From Acidobacteriota bacterium (lineage in GTDB: Bacteria; Acidobacteriota; CAIWXX01): a stretch of DNA of 64,000 nt. The stretch's first letter is position 1. Each line of letters begins with the position of its first letter. The translations under genes were made by a program, and so were the position numbers. Positions 1 to 9,763 of the stretch are shown in pieces. The notes below the pieces were generated by a model, which saw only the letters and a list, made by a program, of their open reading frames with translations, did no database searches and was not told the DNA's origin. The stretch is from positions 108,889-172,888 of the forward strand of contig JBFMAF010000026.1 of the NCBI GenBank assembly GCA_040755995.1. Reading direction: 5' to 3'.

Positions 1-848
1 CTGGTCAGAATGGATGTGTTGTCGGAACCGAGGGCATGCGGTGCCACCGGCGCCACCGTCTGCGTGCTCTCCCAGTCACCCCCCTGCTTCTGATTCAGAA
101 ACTCCCGGAGCGATGCGTTCGACGTATGCAGCGCGTTCCAACGGAAGTCGGACCAGTCGTTGACCAGGCCGCTGAGGTTGAGCAGCGAGCTCGGGACCTC
201 CCCCTCCAGACGGTTCGATGACAGCCCCAATCCGTACAAGGATGTCAGGTTGCCAAGCTCGGCCGGGATGGCACCGCTGAGTTGATTCCTGGAGAGCGAC
301 AGCCGGCGGATGTTCGGAAGTCCTCCCAGCGCTGGCGGGATGGGACCGCTCAGCATGTTGTCATTCAGGTACAGATCGGACACACTGGCGAGGTTCCCCA
401 GTTCAGCCGGAATATCGCCGCTGAGCTGATTGTTGCCAAGGGTGAGGGTTTCAAGCTGGAGAAGGCCGCCCAGTGCCGCCGGTATGTTGCCGCTCAGGTG
501 GTTGCTATCCAGTTGGAGTTCCTTCAGATTGATGAGTTGTCCCAGCTCGGCAGGAATCGTCCCACACAGGTTGTTGTGAGCGAGAAAGACATAGGTGACG
601 GTCCAGTTCCCGTCGGTGTAGACGAAAGCCCATGTGTTCTCGGTTCCGGGCAACGCGAATCCGTCGTCCGCGAGTGGCGGCGTCCTCCAGCCGGTGTTGT
701 TATTCCAACCGTCCCCGTTCGTGCTGTTGTAGAGCGCGATCAACGCGGCGCGTTCCTCGGGAGGTATCGCGGCCGAAACCGGTCGCCCCAGCGACCCGAG
801 CAGGAACGCAGCCGTGAACGGTGCCCACAGTGCCCTCTTCACAATCAT
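1..848 (-). CDS. Secreted leucine-rich repeat protein, 3' end outside window; paralog of 3330..4964
   Basis: Hand translation from ATG at 848 (AGGAGG upstream): MIVKRALWAPFTAAFLLGSLGRPVSAAIPPEERAALIALYNST, then 24-aa LxLxxNxLSGxIPxxLG repeats; open to window edge. Confidence 0.9.
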   Translation of the reverse strand, partial: MIVKRALWAPFTAAFLLGSLGRPVSAAIPPEERAALIALYNSTNGDGWNNNTGWRTPPLADDGFALPGTENTWAFVYTDGNWTVTYVFLAHNNLCGTIPAELGQLINLKELQLDSNHLSGNIPAALGGLLQLETLTLGNNQLSGDIPAELGNLASVSDLYLNDNMLSGPIPPALGGLPNIRRLSLSRNQLSGAIPAELGNLTSLYGLGLSSNRLEGEVPSSLLNLSGLVNDWSDFRWNALHTSNASLREFLNQKQGGDWESTQTVAPVAPHALGSDNTSILT

Positions 849-1155
849 GTCAAACCTCCTCAGCCGATCCTCTTCGTTCCCTTCATCTGAAATAGGCGAC
901 AAAAGGCAGCCAAGGGGCTCACCCGCAGGCAACTCCAACAACATCGTCAGAAAACGATACACGTCGTCGCGCCGATCTCCCACCGGCGAGCACCTTCACC
1001 TTCGTCATGGCTTTGACTTTGGATCGGCCTTGTGGCATCGTAATCCGGCATCACGCGAGTCGCTCCGGTGCATGTCCTGAGGCTATGGTGGTCCGGCTAG
1101 TTGGCACGTACGATCCCGTTCCGCCCATAAATTGTGAGGAAAAGGAGTCAACGCA

Positions 1156-1887
1156 ATGAACATCCGCAGAACGTTTGCGATGGCGCTATTGCTCTGTCTG
1201 GCAGCAGGTGCCTCGACAGTTTTCGCTGATTCGGCTGATCCGGAAATCGACTGGATCATGGCCCTTTCCGGCATCCAAGCCACCACGGTCAAGCACGCGG
1301 GAGGCCGGGTTGACGTAGTGTGCACACTCGTCGGAAACACCTCCGGTCTCATCGGCACAATTCGCGAGGGGCTCAAGAAGAGAGGATGGACGATCGCGGA
1401 GGGGTCTGACGTCCAGGCGGTGGGAGCCAGCGTGAGCAAGATCGTGGCGGAAAAGGCGGGCATGCACCTCCTGGTTTCCACTCAAGAGGTGGGTGTGCTC
1501 CAGTCGATGCAGTTGAGCCTCACCAAGTCCGGCGCGTCGGGAATGCCCGCGACGAGCACGACCAAGCAGGCCGAGGTCGCAGTTGGTGAGTCCTCTGGTG
1601 CGAGCCAGGCCATCGTCATCGACGACAGCCATCTGGAACGGACCGTTCATTGCACAGCGGGCCAGAAAGTAGTGCTCAACGGCAGCCACAATGAGCTCAC
1701 CATCACGGGGAAGTGCGGCGCGATTGAGCTCTACAGCAGCCACAACCACATCGTCGTAAAGGCGCAGACTGAAAGAATCCGCATCCTCGGCAGCTACAAC
1801 ACCGTCGAATGGTCGAAGAGCGCCAATCCGACTGCGCCTCAGGTCGCCAACCTGGGTTCTGACAACGAGGTGGAGGCGATTGAGTAA
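1156..1887 (+). CDS. Exported protein with C-terminal DUF3060-like beta-rich domain
   Basis: AAGGAG RBS, signal peptide, C-terminal repeats (NGSHNELTITGKC, GSYNTVEW). Confidence 0.7.
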   Translation: MNIRRTFAMALLLCLAAGASTVFADSADPEIDWIMALSGIQATTVKHAGGRVDVVCTLVGNTSGLIGTIREGLKKRGWTIAEGSDVQAVGASVSKIVAEKAGMHLLVSTQEVGVLQSMQLSLTKSGASGMPATSTTKQAEVAVGESSGASQAIVIDDSHLERTVHCTAGQKVVLNGSHNELTITGKCGAIELYSSHNHIVVKAQTERIRILGSYNTVEWSKSANPTAPQVANLGSDNEVEAIE

Positions 1888-2007
1888 GCGGTAGACGCAA
1901 AGAACTGCGCCGGGCTGGGCCCACTGTTTGCCAGGACGCCAGCCGTCGGCGACTCCAAGCGCCTCGAGAGGACGGGCAGGCTGGCGCCGCTGCGGCGAGG
2001 CGCTCCG

Positions 2008-3252
2008 TCAGTAGTCGGGCAGGTCCACCACTTTCCAGTAGTTGCCCGTCCCGCCGATGTTCTCGATGATGTTCAGCGATGTGGCGTGTGTCTGGCGGTT
2101 GATGTTGTTCATGATCCGGAACATGTTCTGCCGCGCCTGCGCCTCGCGCATCTGATCGTACATGGTGCCTTTGCTCGCACCTGCACGGGATGGGGCAGAA
2201 TACTGCTGGGGCTGGGCCGGCGGGCCGACCTGGGCAGCATATTGTGCGCGGAACTGCTGCTGTTGCGACGGCGTCAACCTGCTCCAATTGCCCTCCATCA
2301 GCTGCCAGAGCAGGCTGGCGGAGCAGACCAGCTGCTTCTGCTCCACCGTCATCTGCGGGAAACGGCCCATCAGGTCGCTCTCCACGGATTGGCGCAGTGA
2401 ATCCGTCAACTGCACGGGCTGACCCGACAATCCGGAAAGAAACGCGAGATACCGAACCATGCCGGTCACATCCCGGTCCGTCAGGACTGACTGTGTTGCC
2501 GCGTCGTACGCCAGAACACGGATGTGCCGGTTCATCACCTGGATCATGAGCGGCTTCTCCGATTCCGGCAGCTCGCGCGATGCCAGGTAGAGAGCCGCAA
2601 AGAGCTGCTGGCGGGCGAGCCCGATGCGAAGCGGGTCGGTCAGCGTGTAGAGCTGTTGCAAGGATCGGTTCAGGCTCTCCAACTCCTGCGTGTGCCTCTC
2701 CGGCTGTTGATTGAACTCCAGGATGCAGCGATCCTCGAGCTCCTTCGCCTCAGCTGGGGTCACCGGCTGGCCGATGATGAACTGGAGCAGCCCGATACCG
2801 GCGCTCACCTGGCCGCGCGACAGCGCGTAGGCTCCAGCGCGCGCCAGGACCGTGTTGTCCGTGTTCACTGCCGCAGCAGGTGAGGTCGGAGGTGCGCCCG
2901 AGGGAGGCGAGGCAGTCGACTGGCGGAGAAAGCGCATCTGCACACCGTTGCCATCCTGAAGCACCAGCTCCGTCGTGGTGAGCTGCAGCACCGCATACTG
3001 CACAGGAGCCCCGCCGGCAGCGTCCTGGAGCCAGAGGACGTTGCCGGAGACACCGCAGCGCCCCTGGCTGCGGCCGTTTGCGTGCTGCAGGCCATATGAC
3101 CCGTCGGCCGCGAGGACCAGCGTGATGCCGTACTGGCTGTCAACCCACGTCCCATCCAGCGTCTGTGCGTCGGCGCCCGTCCCCGGCGCTAGAAGGACCA
3201 GACACGACCACAGCACAATCGACTGTGCGATACTTGGATTCCTCGCCGCCAT
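2008..3252 (-). CDS. Exported hypothetical protein
   Basis: Long ORF with signal peptide, LDGTW beta-domain and helical C-terminal part; alternative start 3282. Confidence 0.7.
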   Translation of the reverse strand: MAARNPSIAQSIVLWSCLVLLAPGTGADAQTLDGTWVDSQYGITLVLAADGSYGLQHANGRSQGRCGVSGNVLWLQDAAGGAPVQYAVLQLTTTELVLQDGNGVQMRFLRQSTASPPSGAPPTSPAAAVNTDNTVLARAGAYALSRGQVSAGIGLLQFIIGQPVTPAEAKELEDRCILEFNQQPERHTQELESLNRSLQQLYTLTDPLRIGLARQQLFAALYLASRELPESEKPLMIQVMNRHIRVLAYDAATQSVLTDRDVTGMVRYLAFLSGLSGQPVQLTDSLRQSVESDLMGRFPQMTVEQKQLVCSASLLWQLMEGNWSRLTPSQQQQFRAQYAAQVGPPAQPQQYSAPSRAGASKGTMYDQMREAQARQNMFRIMNNINRQTHATSLNIIENIGGTGNYWKVVDLPDY

Positions 3253-3329
3253 CGGTTCACCCCCGTTTGATGTTTGGCTCATGTTCTGCAGTGTGGTGTC
3301 CTACTCCAGCGCCGGCACAACCGCCTCGC

Positions 3330-4964
3330 CTACTTGAGCTTGTAGCTGATCACATTGCTGGTCAGGCCGCCGGACACTACCTTCACCTTGTACGTCTTGC
3401 CGCTCCTGCACTTCGACGGTATCGTCAGGTTGAGCCGGCCCGACGAAGCTGATTTCGGCGTGACCTTCAGCTTCCCGAAGTAGATTGTGTTCGAGGCCGG
3501 GCTGGCGGAGAACCCCGAGCCGTAGATGGTGGCGGCCGTTCCCGGCTTCCCCTTCTTGCTCTTGATCGACGTGATCTTTGGACCGGCGGCAGGAGTGTCC
3601 TTCACGGTGACTATGGCGATTGAGCTGTCCACTGCCCCGCATGCATTGGTCACGTGCACCCAGTATTCAGCGTTCGCCGTAAGCGGCGGCGTGGTGTAGG
3701 CCGGCCAATCAATGCCCACCGGACTGCCAGTGCCCGCTCCCTTGTACCACTGGTACCGCAACGGCGCCGTGCCCGTCGCACCGACGCTGAGCGTGGCATA
3801 CTGGCCGCTCGAGATCGTCAGGTCGGATGGTTGGACGTGAATCGCCGGTGGCGTGCATGTGCCACCCGACAACGTGGTCCCCGGAAATTCAGCTGTCCGT
3901 TCGCTGATCACGGCATTCGCGTTGTCGGTGTGTGGGTGCGTGAAGGTGTCGGCCACGAAGTAGTACGTGGTGCCCGGGGCGAGCCCATTGACGGGCATGC
4001 TGGTGATTGACTTGCTCGTGGTGCTGCCGTACAGCGTGTATGGGCCTCCGGGGGTCGTAGAGTAGTAGAGCCGATACCCGCCGTCGTCGCTCGTGTAGGC
4101 GATCGGAGACCAGCTGGTCAGGATGGATGTGTTGTCGGAGCCGACTGCATGCGGTGCCACCGGCGCCACCGTCTGCGTGCTCTCCCAGTCACCCCCCAAT
4201 TGCTTCTGGTTCAGGAACTCACGGAGTGAGGCGGTCGACGTATGCAGCGCGTTCCAACTAAAATCGGAAAAGCCGTCGAGCAGGCCGCTGAGGTTGAGGA
4301 GCGAACTCGGGACGTCTCCCACCAGTCCATTCGACGACAGCATCAATCTGCTCAAGGATGTCAGGTTGCCAAGCTCGGCCGGGATGACACCGCTGAGTTG
4401 ATTCCTGGAGAGCCACAGGAAGAGTATGTTTGGAAGTCCTCCCAGCGCCGGCGGGATGGGACCGCTCAGCATGTTGTCATTCAGGTACAGCTCGGACACA
4501 CTGGCAAGGTTCCCCAGTTCAGCCGGAATATCGCCGCTGAGCTCGTTGCTGTTAAGGACGAGGTTCTCAAGTTGGAGAAGACCGCCCAGTGCCGGCGGAA
4601 TGTTGCCGCTCAGGTGGTTGTTGTTAAGCCAGAGATCCTTCAGGTTCGTGAGTAGGCCCAGCTCAGCAGGAATCGTTCCACACAAGTTGTTGTAAGAGAG
4701 TTTGACGTTAGTGACGGTCCAATTCCCGTCGGTGAAGACGCCAGCCCATGTGTACTCGGTTCCTGGCAACGCGAATCCGTCGCCCGCAAGTGGCGGGGTC
4801 TTCCAGGCGGTGTTGTTATTCCAACCGTCCCCATTCGTGCTGTTGTAGAGCGCGATCAGCGCGGCGCGTTCCGCGGGGGGGATCGCGGCCGAAACCGGTC
4901 GCCCGAGCGACGCGAGCAAGAACGCAGTGGCTAGAAAAGCCCACAGGGCCCTCTTCCCGTTCAT
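3330..4964 (-). CDS. Secreted LRR + fibronectin III + Ig + IPT/TIG surface protein
   Basis: AGGAGG before ATG 4964; about six LRRs; FN3 (GYRLYY...LAPGTTYYFV); Ig (PAIHVQP...YQWY); Lys-rich IPT (IYGSGFS). Confidence 0.9.
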   Translation of the reverse strand: MNGKRALWAFLATAFLLASLGRPVSAAIPPAERAALIALYNSTNGDGWNNNTAWKTPPLAGDGFALPGTEYTWAGVFTDGNWTVTNVKLSYNNLCGTIPAELGLLTNLKDLWLNNNHLSGNIPPALGGLLQLENLVLNSNELSGDIPAELGNLASVSELYLNDNMLSGPIPPALGGLPNILFLWLSRNQLSGVIPAELGNLTSLSRLMLSSNGLVGDVPSSLLNLSGLLDGFSDFSWNALHTSTASLREFLNQKQLGGDWESTQTVAPVAPHAVGSDNTSILTSWSPIAYTSDDGGYRLYYSTTPGGPYTLYGSTTSKSITSMPVNGLAPGTTYYFVADTFTHPHTDNANAVISERTAEFPGTTLSGGTCTPPAIHVQPSDLTISSGQYATLSVGATGTAPLRYQWYKGAGTGSPVGIDWPAYTTPPLTANAEYWVHVTNACGAVDSSIAIVTVKDTPAAGPKITSIKSKKGKPGTAATIYGSGFSASPASNTIYFGKLKVTPKSASSGRLNLTIPSKCRSGKTYKVKVVSGGLTSNVISYKLK

Positions 4965-5184
4965 TTCAAACCTCCTCTGACGATTGTCTTCGTTCCCTTC
5001 ATCAAGAAATGGCGACAAAAGTCAGCCAAGGGGCTCACGGGCTCCTGTTGACCACACACCGCGCCTCGCACGTGACATTGCGCTGCGCGATCGGGATGCT
5101 GCGGCCGGCCAGCCATGAGACAGGCCTATCGGAAGGGTGCTCAACGAGGGCCAGCAGGAGGTGTGGGGGCGATCGCCTTGGCGA

Positions 5185-5517
5185 TCAGTCAACGATGAAG
5201 ACAGTCGCCCCCGTGGTCGAGTACGCGAGATGCGGATTGGCTTCGTCGTCTCCGGTCTGGAAGCTCAGCCCTGCCGTGAGGACGAACTCGCGGCCGTCTT
5301 TCAGCGCGATGATCAGCTCTCCCTGCAGCACCAGCAACACGTGGCCGCGCGGGCAGTAGTGGTCCGAGCGAAACCCGGGCGAGTAGTCCACGCGCCTGAC
5401 GCGGATGTTTCCCGCCACGAACGTCCGCCAGAACGACGTGCCGCTGTCGCCCGGATGCTCCTCAGCTGGCAGCGTGCTCCAGTCAGTCACAGTGAAAGGC
5501 ACTTGCCCGATGTCCAT
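5185..5517 (-). CDS. DHCW-motif cupin-fold protein
   Basis: EHPGDSGTSFWRT...DHYCPRGH; GGAGG RBS. Confidence 0.8.
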   Translation of the reverse strand: MDIGQVPFTVTDWSTLPAEEHPGDSGTSFWRTFVAGNIRVRRVDYSPGFRSDHYCPRGHVLLVLQGELIIALKDGREFVLTAGLSFQTGDDEANPHLAYSTTGATVFIVD

Positions 5518-5598
5518 GCCAGTCCCTCCGTTTTCGACACCACGCGTGTGGTTCGATCGACAACGCCGGCCGGTCTGTCACCGAATCCCTGCGCTACC

Positions 5599-5928
5599 TC
5601 AGCGCTTCGCCTTCTCGTCGAACTCCAGGAACTCGATGGGAGCGCCGTTGTGTGCGATGAACGCGACCCGTACGCCGGGCGAAGGGCTGTTGGGTGCGAT
5701 GAGGATCTCCTTGCCCGTGATCTCGTCTTCAAGGCAGTCGACTTCGAACGCCACGTGCGGGACAGTCCGAACCAGAAGCGGCAGTGTGCACTCCGGCTCA
5801 AATCGCATCCACTCGACTCCATACGGGCTCTCCTCGTACCCGGCGACGTGGACTTTGAACTCAGCCAGGTACGTCTCGCCGGTGTGCGGAACGGTCGTGG
5901 GAATTCCAAGGTGGTGGTATCTCCTCAT
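5599..5928 (-). CDS. VOC/glyoxalase-like small protein
   Basis: MRRYHHLGIPT...PHVAFEV...GAPIEFLEF; AAGGAGG upstream. Confidence 0.7.
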   Translation of the reverse strand: MRRYHHLGIPTTVPHTGETYLAEFKVHVAGYEESPYGVEWMRFEPECTLPLLVRTVPHVAFEVDCLEDEITGKEILIAPNSPSPGVRVAFIAHNGAPIEFLEFDEKAKR

Positions 5929-5967
5929 TGATGGGGGCTGCCTCCTTCTCGCCGGTACGGGCACGGT

Positions 5968-6022
5968 CGGCGTGGCATGGAGCGCAGTGGAAACCGCGTC
6001 CGTGTGGAATGCGTTGTCATGC
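5968..6022 (-). mobile_element. Degenerate, truncated attC-like site
   Basis: Minus strand just after the 6030 stop: GCATGAC AACGCATTCCACACGGACGCGG...; resembles an attC left half; right half missing. Confidence 0.4.
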
Positions 6023-6029
6023 CTGGGTG

Positions 6030-6518
6030 CTACCTCTCCGGCATTGCAGACGAGTGATGGCTGATAATGAGCCATTGCTTGCCATCCCAGCGATAGGTGA
6101 AACTGTATCGTGCCGTAACCTTGGTTCCCGTCTTGGAGAACTCGAAGGTATAGAGCCCGGAATCTACCGCCATGTTGCAGCCAATCTCTATCTGTCGCAT
6201 GTTGATTTCTCCCGAGGGTTGGTCCTCAAGGAAGTGTTGAAAGTAGTCCAGCTTCTCCTCCGGCGTGAGCCGAGGCTTGTTCGAGACTGTGGGCAAGAGA
6301 ATCGACCGCTCAGCATAGTTGTCAACGACTTTCTGTGGATCACCTGTTTGCAGCGATTGGTTCCACCTGTCAAACAATGATGCAATTTCCTGTTCTGTCG
6401 CCGCGACGCGCCTTTCCGTGCAAACCGCGGATGATTGATCGTCGCTGGATGTAGCTGTGGCGCATCCAGTGATGAGCAAGGAGGTGATCACGAGCAGTGC
6501 GGAGAATGGGGCTTTCAT
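6030..6518 (-). CDS. NTF2-like lipoprotein (CaMKII association domain / SgcJ-EcaC type)
   Basis: Lipobox ITGC; LFDRWN...LLPTVS...ARYSFTY...IISHHSSAMPE. Confidence 0.85.
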   Translation of the reverse strand: MKAPFSALLVITSLLITGCATATSSDDQSSAVCTERRVAATEQEIASLFDRWNQSLQTGDPQKVVDNYAERSILLPTVSNKPRLTPEEKLDYFQHFLEDQPSGEINMRQIEIGCNMAVDSGLYTFEFSKTGTKVTARYSFTYRWDGKQWLIISHHSSAMPER

Positions 6519-6566
6519 GAGTTCTTACTCCTTTGCGCTCTTGAGGAACCTGTTGGGGCATGACGC

Positions 6567-6642
6567 GCCTGACGCCGGCACTAACCCGCGAGCGTAGCTC
6601 CATCATGCCATGCGGCGCGCGTCGTTCAGCACCAAGTTCGGC
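6567..6642 (-). mobile_element. Degenerate attC-like site
   Basis: Minus strand GCCGAAC TTGGTGCTGAAC...GGTTAGTGCCGGC GTCAGGC: outer and inner inverted boxes with one extra base, 76 bp. Confidence 0.5.
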
Positions 6643-6882
6643 GGCTCGCACATTGAAAGGTGCGAGGAATCTCGGCCGTCTCCATGCCTTGTCCATCGAA
6701 ATAGAGCAGAGATCCACTCCTCCCGTTGCCCAACAGCATTATGAGATGACCACCTGATCCAGAGCAAGATCCAATCATTTCACGCATCCCGAAACCCAAT
6801 GGCCATGCCCAGGGAGGGGATGTTCGACGCCGGCTTGTGTTTCGGCTCTGCGAGACACGAAGCTCTATTCCGTTCGGCCGGT

Positions 6883-7098
6883 TCAGATCTCTTCGGGTTT
6901 CAAGCCGGTGCGCTTGGCGATCCGGGCCATCATCCGTGGGCCGATTTCGTCGCGGTCGTGAAACGCAAGAACGTAATCGGGCCAGCCGGGCCGGGCGAGC
7001 ACGCGATGGGAGCCGACGGATTCCCGCTTGATCGACCAGCCGATGCGAAGGAGGGCGGCAAGCACCTGCTTCGCCTTGGCTGAAGGCCATTGGCTCAT
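6883..7098 (-). CDS. hicA: HicA-family toxin
   Basis: 71 aa; LLRIGW...GSHRVL...AFHD; ATGA-coupled to hicB. Confidence 0.85.
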   Translation of the reverse strand: MSQWPSAKAKQVLAALLRIGWSIKRESVGSHRVLARPGWPDYVLAFHDRDEIGPRMMARIAKRTGLKPEEI

Positions 7099-7295
7099 GC
7101 AGACAGCGCGAAGAGCTCGCTCAGCTCGGGAATCGCCTCCCCGTGGTCGAGACGATCCGCGATGACGCGTAGCGCCAGCGCTTCCACCTTGGCGATGGCT
7201 CCCTCCTGCGTTGGACCGTACGCCATCACCCCGGGCAGATCTGGCACTTCCGCGATCCAGCGACCGTCGTCCTCGCGCTCGATTTCAATCTTCAT
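7095..7295 (-). CDS. hicB: HicB-family antitoxin (short, no DNA-binding domain)
   Basis: EDDGRWIAEVPDLPGVMAYGPT. Confidence 0.85.
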   Translation of the reverse strand: MKIEIEREDDGRWIAEVPDLPGVMAYGPTQEGAIAKVEALALRVIADRLDHGEAIPELSELFALSA

Positions 7296-7381
7296 GCGGC
7301 CTCCCGTGATCGTTCCTCATCGTAGCGCATCCTCCGGTGATGGGCAAGTTCAGCTCGCCCTCCGGCGCTAACCCCGTAGCC

Positions 7382-7552
7382 CCAGAGCAGTTTCTTGAAT
7401 TCCTCCATGCTCAAGCCGGCGTCCCTAACAATCCCTGCCATGGTGTAGCCATTGACCGGATTGTTGCGCGGCATGGTGACAAATCGCGCTCCGTTGGACA
7501 TGACGATGTGCTTCCCCTGACGAACAATTCGGAAACCGGTTTTCTCAAGAGC
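7382..7552 (-). pseudogene. Second HicA-family toxin fragment
   Basis: ALEKTGFRIVRQGKHIVMS...NPVNGYTMAGIVRDAGLSMEEFKKLL; N-terminus absent and TGG where a stop is expected. Confidence 0.65.
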
Positions 7553-8055
7553 AGGGGGATGACCCACGCCCAAGCCTAGAGAATTCAATCAACTCAATCC
7601 TCGATCCTGCTGAGTGCACCGATGTTGCCGTCGTGTCGCCCACCGCCGCAGACCAGGGGCCTAGAGGCGGAAGCCGGTTCGGGCGAACAAAAGCAGGACG
7701 CCGGCGAAGGCCAGGAACGCCAGCAAGAACCCCAGCGCAATGGTCCCACCGACGATCAGGAGCTTCCACCGGGCCCGCTGCTGCTGACCGAACGCACACC
7801 CGAGAAGTATTTCGGAGAAGAGGACCCTCGGCGAGCCAGGTGGTATGCACCCTTGTCGCAGTCCATTTCTGGATACGGATGCAGAAGTGAGCAAGTTCCA
7901 TCGAGACGACGCATGATCCGGCGGCAGGAGCCAACTCGGCGGAAGGGGCACGGGCGCCGGCACGCCTGGCAATCCGGCGGCGTATCCGAGTATGGCGTCG
8001 CTACGGTAGAATCCCGGTGGTGCGCCCGTCTCGATGAGGGCGAAGGAGGCATACG

Positions 8056-9699
8056 ATGAGCTACCGCGGCGGTGTACGCCCGATTCTGGAGATAGCACAG
8101 GAACTTGGTATCGATCGCCGGCACGTCATGCTCTACGGAGATGACAAGGCGAAAGTCTCGCTCGATGCTCGCGACCCGTCGCGCGCATTCGGCAAGCTGA
8201 TCCTCGTTTCGGCAATCACACCGACTGATGCAGGCGAGGGCAAGACCACGACCTCGATCGGACTCGCCCAGGGCTTTGCCAAAATCGGCGAGCGCGTGTG
8301 CCTGGCGCTGCGCGAGCCTTCGCTCGGACCGACATTCGGGCTCAAGGGCGGGGCAACCGGCGGGGGGCTGGCGCGGGTCGTCCCGGAAGCGGACATCAAC
8401 CTGCATTTCACCGGGGACTTCCACGCGATCTCGGCCGCACACAACCTCCTGGCGGCCATGCTGGACAACCACATCCACCACGGCAACTCTCTGGAGATCG
8501 ATCCACGCCGGGTGCTGTGGCGGCGAGTCATCGACATGAACGACCGCTCGCTGAGGCACGTCGTGATCGGGCTGGGCGGCGCGCTCGATGGTGTGCCGCG
8601 CGAGACAGGATTCGACATCACTCCAGCCTCCGAACTGATGGCTGCGCTCTGTCTGGCAGAGAACGCCGAGGACTTGCGAAAGAGGCTCGCGCGCGTGATC
8701 GTGGCGCTGACCTTCCAGAAGGAGCCTGTGACGGCCGCTGACTTGAAGGCCGTGGGGGCGATGATGGTGGTCCTCAAGGACGCCATCAAGCCGAATCTCG
8801 TCCAGACACTCGATGGAGGGCCCGCCTTCGTGCACGGCGGCCCGTTCGCCAACATCGCACATGGCTGCAACTCGGTCATCGCCACCAAGATGGCACTCGC
8901 ACACGCCGATTGGGCCGTGACTGAAGCGGGCTTCGGGTTCGATCTCGGCGCCGAGAAGTTCTACGACATCAAGTGTGTTTCCGCAGGGCTCGACACGGCC
9001 GCGGTGGTACTAGTTGCCACCGTGCGTGCGCTCAAGCTGCATGGCGGGGCCGACAAGACCGCCCTGACCACACCGGATCCCGCCGCCGTCGAACACGGGC
9101 TGGGCAATCTGGAAAAGCATGTCGGGAACATTCGCGCCTTTTGCGAGCCGCCGGTCGTTGCGCTCAACAGATTCGGCAGCGACTCGGACGACGAGATCGC
9201 CGTGGTGCGGCGGGAGTGCGAACGGCTGGGCGCACCGTTCGCCCTCTCGGATGTGTTCGCCAAGGGTGGTGAGGGCGGGGTCGAGCTCGCGCGCGCCGTC
9301 ATGGCCCACGCCGAGAAGCACTCGAAGCGGTTCTGCCCTCTCTACGATTGGAATGAACCGGTCAAGACGAAGATGGAGAAGATCGCCCGGGCGATGTATG
9401 GAGCGAGAGAGGTGGGGTGGAGCAAGGAGGCGGAGCAGGACCTCGCGCTGATCCGCAAGCTCGGTTACGAGAACCTGCCGCTCTGTGTCGCCAAGACGCA
9501 GAAGTCGCTGTCGGACGATCCGAAGCTGCTGGGCCGCCCCGAGGACTTCGAGATCTCGGTTCGGAATGTGGTCCTCGCGGCCGGCGCACACTACCTGGTG
9601 CCGATCCTCGGCGACATCATGCGCATGCCGGGGCTCCCAGTTTCGCCTCAGGCCGAGCGCATGGACCTGGTCGACGGCGGAGTAGTCGGCATGTCATGA
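8056..9699 (+). CDS. fhs: Formate--tetrahydrofolate ligase
   Basis: GEGKTTT, KGGATGGG, HGGPFANIAHGCNS, TEAGFG, MRMPGL. Confidence 0.97.
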   Translation: MSYRGGVRPILEIAQELGIDRRHVMLYGDDKAKVSLDARDPSRAFGKLILVSAITPTDAGEGKTTTSIGLAQGFAKIGERVCLALREPSLGPTFGLKGGATGGGLARVVPEADINLHFTGDFHAISAAHNLLAAMLDNHIHHGNSLEIDPRRVLWRRVIDMNDRSLRHVVIGLGGALDGVPRETGFDITPASELMAALCLAENAEDLRKRLARVIVALTFQKEPVTAADLKAVGAMMVVLKDAIKPNLVQTLDGGPAFVHGGPFANIAHGCNSVIATKMALAHADWAVTEAGFGFDLGAEKFYDIKCVSAGLDTAAVVLVATVRALKLHGGADKTALTTPDPAAVEHGLGNLEKHVGNIRAFCEPPVVALNRFGSDSDDEIAVVRRECERLGAPFALSDVFAKGGEGGVELARAVMAHAEKHSKRFCPLYDWNEPVKTKMEKIARAMYGAREVGWSKEAEQDLALIRKLGYENLPLCVAKTQKSLSDDPKLLGRPEDFEISVRNVVLAAGAHYLVPILGDIMRMPGLPVSPQAERMDLVDGGVVGMS

Positions 9700-9763
9700 T
9701 GAACGGACGCGTTTCGCCCGGCGGGAGCCTCATGCGGCTCACGCGGTTGAGTCAGGAGGGTCA

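Noticed and set aside
6626..6880. Gene between hicA and the attC-like site
   Set aside because: No frame gives a recognisable protein; at most a cassette remnant
7661..7901. Small membrane protein, possibly frameshifted near 7830
   Set aside because: Hydrophobic tail only; no recognisable family or convincing start
7920..8055. ZMP/ZTP or THF riboswitch upstream of fhs
   Set aside because: Only a CGCCTGG-like fragment; the conserved GACTGGCG/GGGGAGC core is absent
8056..9699. Wood-Ljungdahl pathway cluster
   Set aside because: fhs stands alone; no folD, metFV or acs genes in the window
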